A stretch of 64,000 nucleotides of DNA from Escherichia coli (GTDB taxonomy: Bacteria > Pseudomonadota > Gammaproteobacteria > Enterobacterales > Enterobacteriaceae): assembly GCF_044324785.1 (NCBI RefSeq), contig NZ_CP172127.1; one strand, given 5' to 3'. The notes under the pieces were generated by a model. That model saw nothing but the letters and a program-made list of their open reading frames with translations, was not told the origin of the DNA and ran no database searches. Position numbers and translations under genes: made by a program. This document shows, one piece after another, positions 62,788-64,000 of this stretch (the first letter of the stretch is position 1; the number at the start of each line of letters is the position of its first letter).

Positions 62788-63999
62788 TCACTGCTGTGTT
62801 GCCTCAGTGGCAAGCAGCGGTCTGATGGCATTCGCAGCGTTATTCAGCGCTCTTTCATAGGCTGGTGTTCCAGCTTTAGTGTTTGCCAGACGTAAGAGAG
62901 CATTCCTTGCTGCTTTGGACTCATACAAGCGCATGATTGCACCGAAACCAGCCTCAAGTCCCAGTGATACACCAAGGGTTGCAGTTGCGCCAATCGTTCT
63001 AATCCTGTTAGCTTGCGATTGTCCTGTCTGTGTTACTACATTTGCGGCGTCCGACCTTGCTGTTTGCTGTAGAACTTCATGAAGAGCATCAAGCTCTTTC
63101 ATGTGTCTCCCACTGAATATCGTGTTATAGATCTGACCGTCAGATTGCGACTTCAACTTATTTAACTCGGTAAGAAATTTTGTTGGCGAGTCTCCTGCTT
63201 TTTCTGCAATCTTGCTGATATAAGCAGCACGCATAGCGTTCTTTCCATCTTCACTAAGAGCTGGCCATATCCTCTTAATATCTGATGGTTTTCTGCTGAA
63301 TACAACGCTGTTTATTAGCTCTGGAGTAAACTCTTTTTTAGCTTTGTTGAGATTATTCGCAATCCTTTTATTAAGAACCTTATTGAAGACGTTGGAGTAG
63401 TCAGAGTTTGCTTTGACGTATCTGGCGGCCTCTCCAGCCCCCAAATACCGCGCTGCGTTATTCCTCAAATCCGCCCCCATTGCCCTCTCCACGGCATCAG
63501 TTGCGGCTTTCGCGCTATTAGGAAAAACCATGGCATCTCCCTGAATACTTTCCCTCAAGGCTGACCGCAACTCTCTCAATAGACCAAAATCTATATCTGG
63601 TTTAGCAAGTTCTTCTCGCAAATCGGATAACCCGCGAATCAAATCCTTATTTGCCACTTTCCCAAGCCTATTAGCTCTGGTAAGTACGTTGTCGATAACC
63701 TTAATAGATTTTGATGTGTCAACTGGTGTGTCTCCCATTTTGGCTGTAATGTCTTCAATAACGCTTCCGGCCGAATCCTTCCTTGACTTCAGAGAGCCAT
63801 ACAGATCGTCAACAACAACTGATGGGCTATATTCACCATATTTCTCAAGCTGTTTTTTAACTAGCTGACTTCTTTTTGCATACTGCTCAGCTCGCTTTGA
63901 GCCTGTTCCCAGCAAAGCCCCCTCAGCATCCTGAGTAAGACCACGAGTGAAAGCATTTTTCGGCGGGATTACATCAGATGTCATTGGTGTCACGCCCAT
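62788..63999 (-). CDS. phage DNA-ejection (injection) protein, gp16-position homolog; start at or near the window edge
   Basis: 403-aa Ala/Lys-rich ORF on the same strand as the tailspike, occupying the position of the last ejection gene in P22-like genomes. The start could be ATG 63999, ATG 63984, or outside the window. Confidence 0.6.
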   Translation of the reverse strand: MGVTPMTSDVIPPKNAFTRGLTQDAEGALLGTGSKRAEQYAKRSQLVKKQLEKYGEYSPSVVVDDLYGSLKSRKDSAGSVIEDITAKMGDTPVDTSKSIKVIDNVLTRANRLGKVANKDLIRGLSDLREELAKPDIDFGLLRELRSALRESIQGDAMVFPNSAKAATDAVERAMGADLRNNAARYLGAGEAARYVKANSDYSNVFNKVLNKRIANNLNKAKKEFTPELINSVVFSRKPSDIKRIWPALSEDGKNAMRAAYISKIAEKAGDSPTKFLTELNKLKSQSDGQIYNTIFSGRHMKELDALHEVLQQTARSDAANVVTQTGQSQANRIRTIGATATLGVSLGLEAGFGAIMRLYESKAARNALLRLANTKAGTPAYERALNNAANAIRPLLATEATQQ

Positions 64000-64000
64000 C

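Larger units (their letters stand above)
54670..64000. mobile_element. P22-like prophage, right (late/immI/conversion) arm, continuing beyond the window
   Basis: Gene order is att, conversion gene, tailspike, ant, arc, mnt, accessory genes, ejection protein. This matches P22 on the mirrored strand. Low GC. Confidence 0.9.

Overview
Escherichia coli chromosomal window. By recalled synteny it is in reverse orientation relative to the K-12 map, covering the yahB-bet-ykg-rcl-eaeH-ecp-pao region and running into the thrW integration hotspot. Bases 1 to about 45.4 kb are ordinary core or flexible-core genes: yahB (3' part), pdeL, betT/betIBA, ykgH, ykgEFG (lutABC-like), rclR/rclABC, and an aldo-keto reductase plus an AraC/GyrI regulator, which look like intact versions of loci that are remnants in K-12. 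These are followed by full-length intimin-like adhesin eaeH/fdeC (1417 aa), a second aldo-keto reductase with a LysR regulator, a decayed Old-Yellow-Enzyme fragment, ykgR, and rpmE2-rpmJ2 behind a Zur box. The core part ends with ecpRABCDE, ykgJ, yagU, paoABCD, a truncated MobA/MocA-like stub, and an MFS transporter / secreted hydrolase / LysR (yagP-like) block. From about 45.7 kb the window is horizontally acquired DNA stacked at thrW. (i) A decayed island carries AbiEi/AbiEii, a type I R-M system (hsdR-hsdM-hsdS), and a tRNA-like antisense RNA of the P1-C4 / P4-CI type. That RNA is flanked by two copies of its own target and sits in front of an unknown 156-aa ORF. The island ends in a broken Ner-like gene fused to the last ~67 codons of a lambdoid integrase. 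(ii) A 46-nt thrW 3' fragment (att core) follows. (iii) The right arm of a P22-like prophage runs to the window edge. It carries a CatB/Vat-class (XAT) hexapeptide acetyltransferase at the lysogenic-conversion position, a chimeric tailspike, and a textbook immI region (ant, arc, mnt with both operators). It also has an IS903-type insertion with a 9-bp target duplication splitting an mnt-coupled secreted-protein gene, a cluster of small uncharacterised secreted/membrane/HExxH genes at the sieA position, and the end of the ejection-protein genes. I found no CRISPR array, rRNA or intact tRNA. The most novel-looking content is the antisense-RNA/unknown-ORF module beside the defence genes, followed by the small-gene cluster and acetyltransferase of the prophage. 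All family assignments come from motif reading and memory, not from searches.
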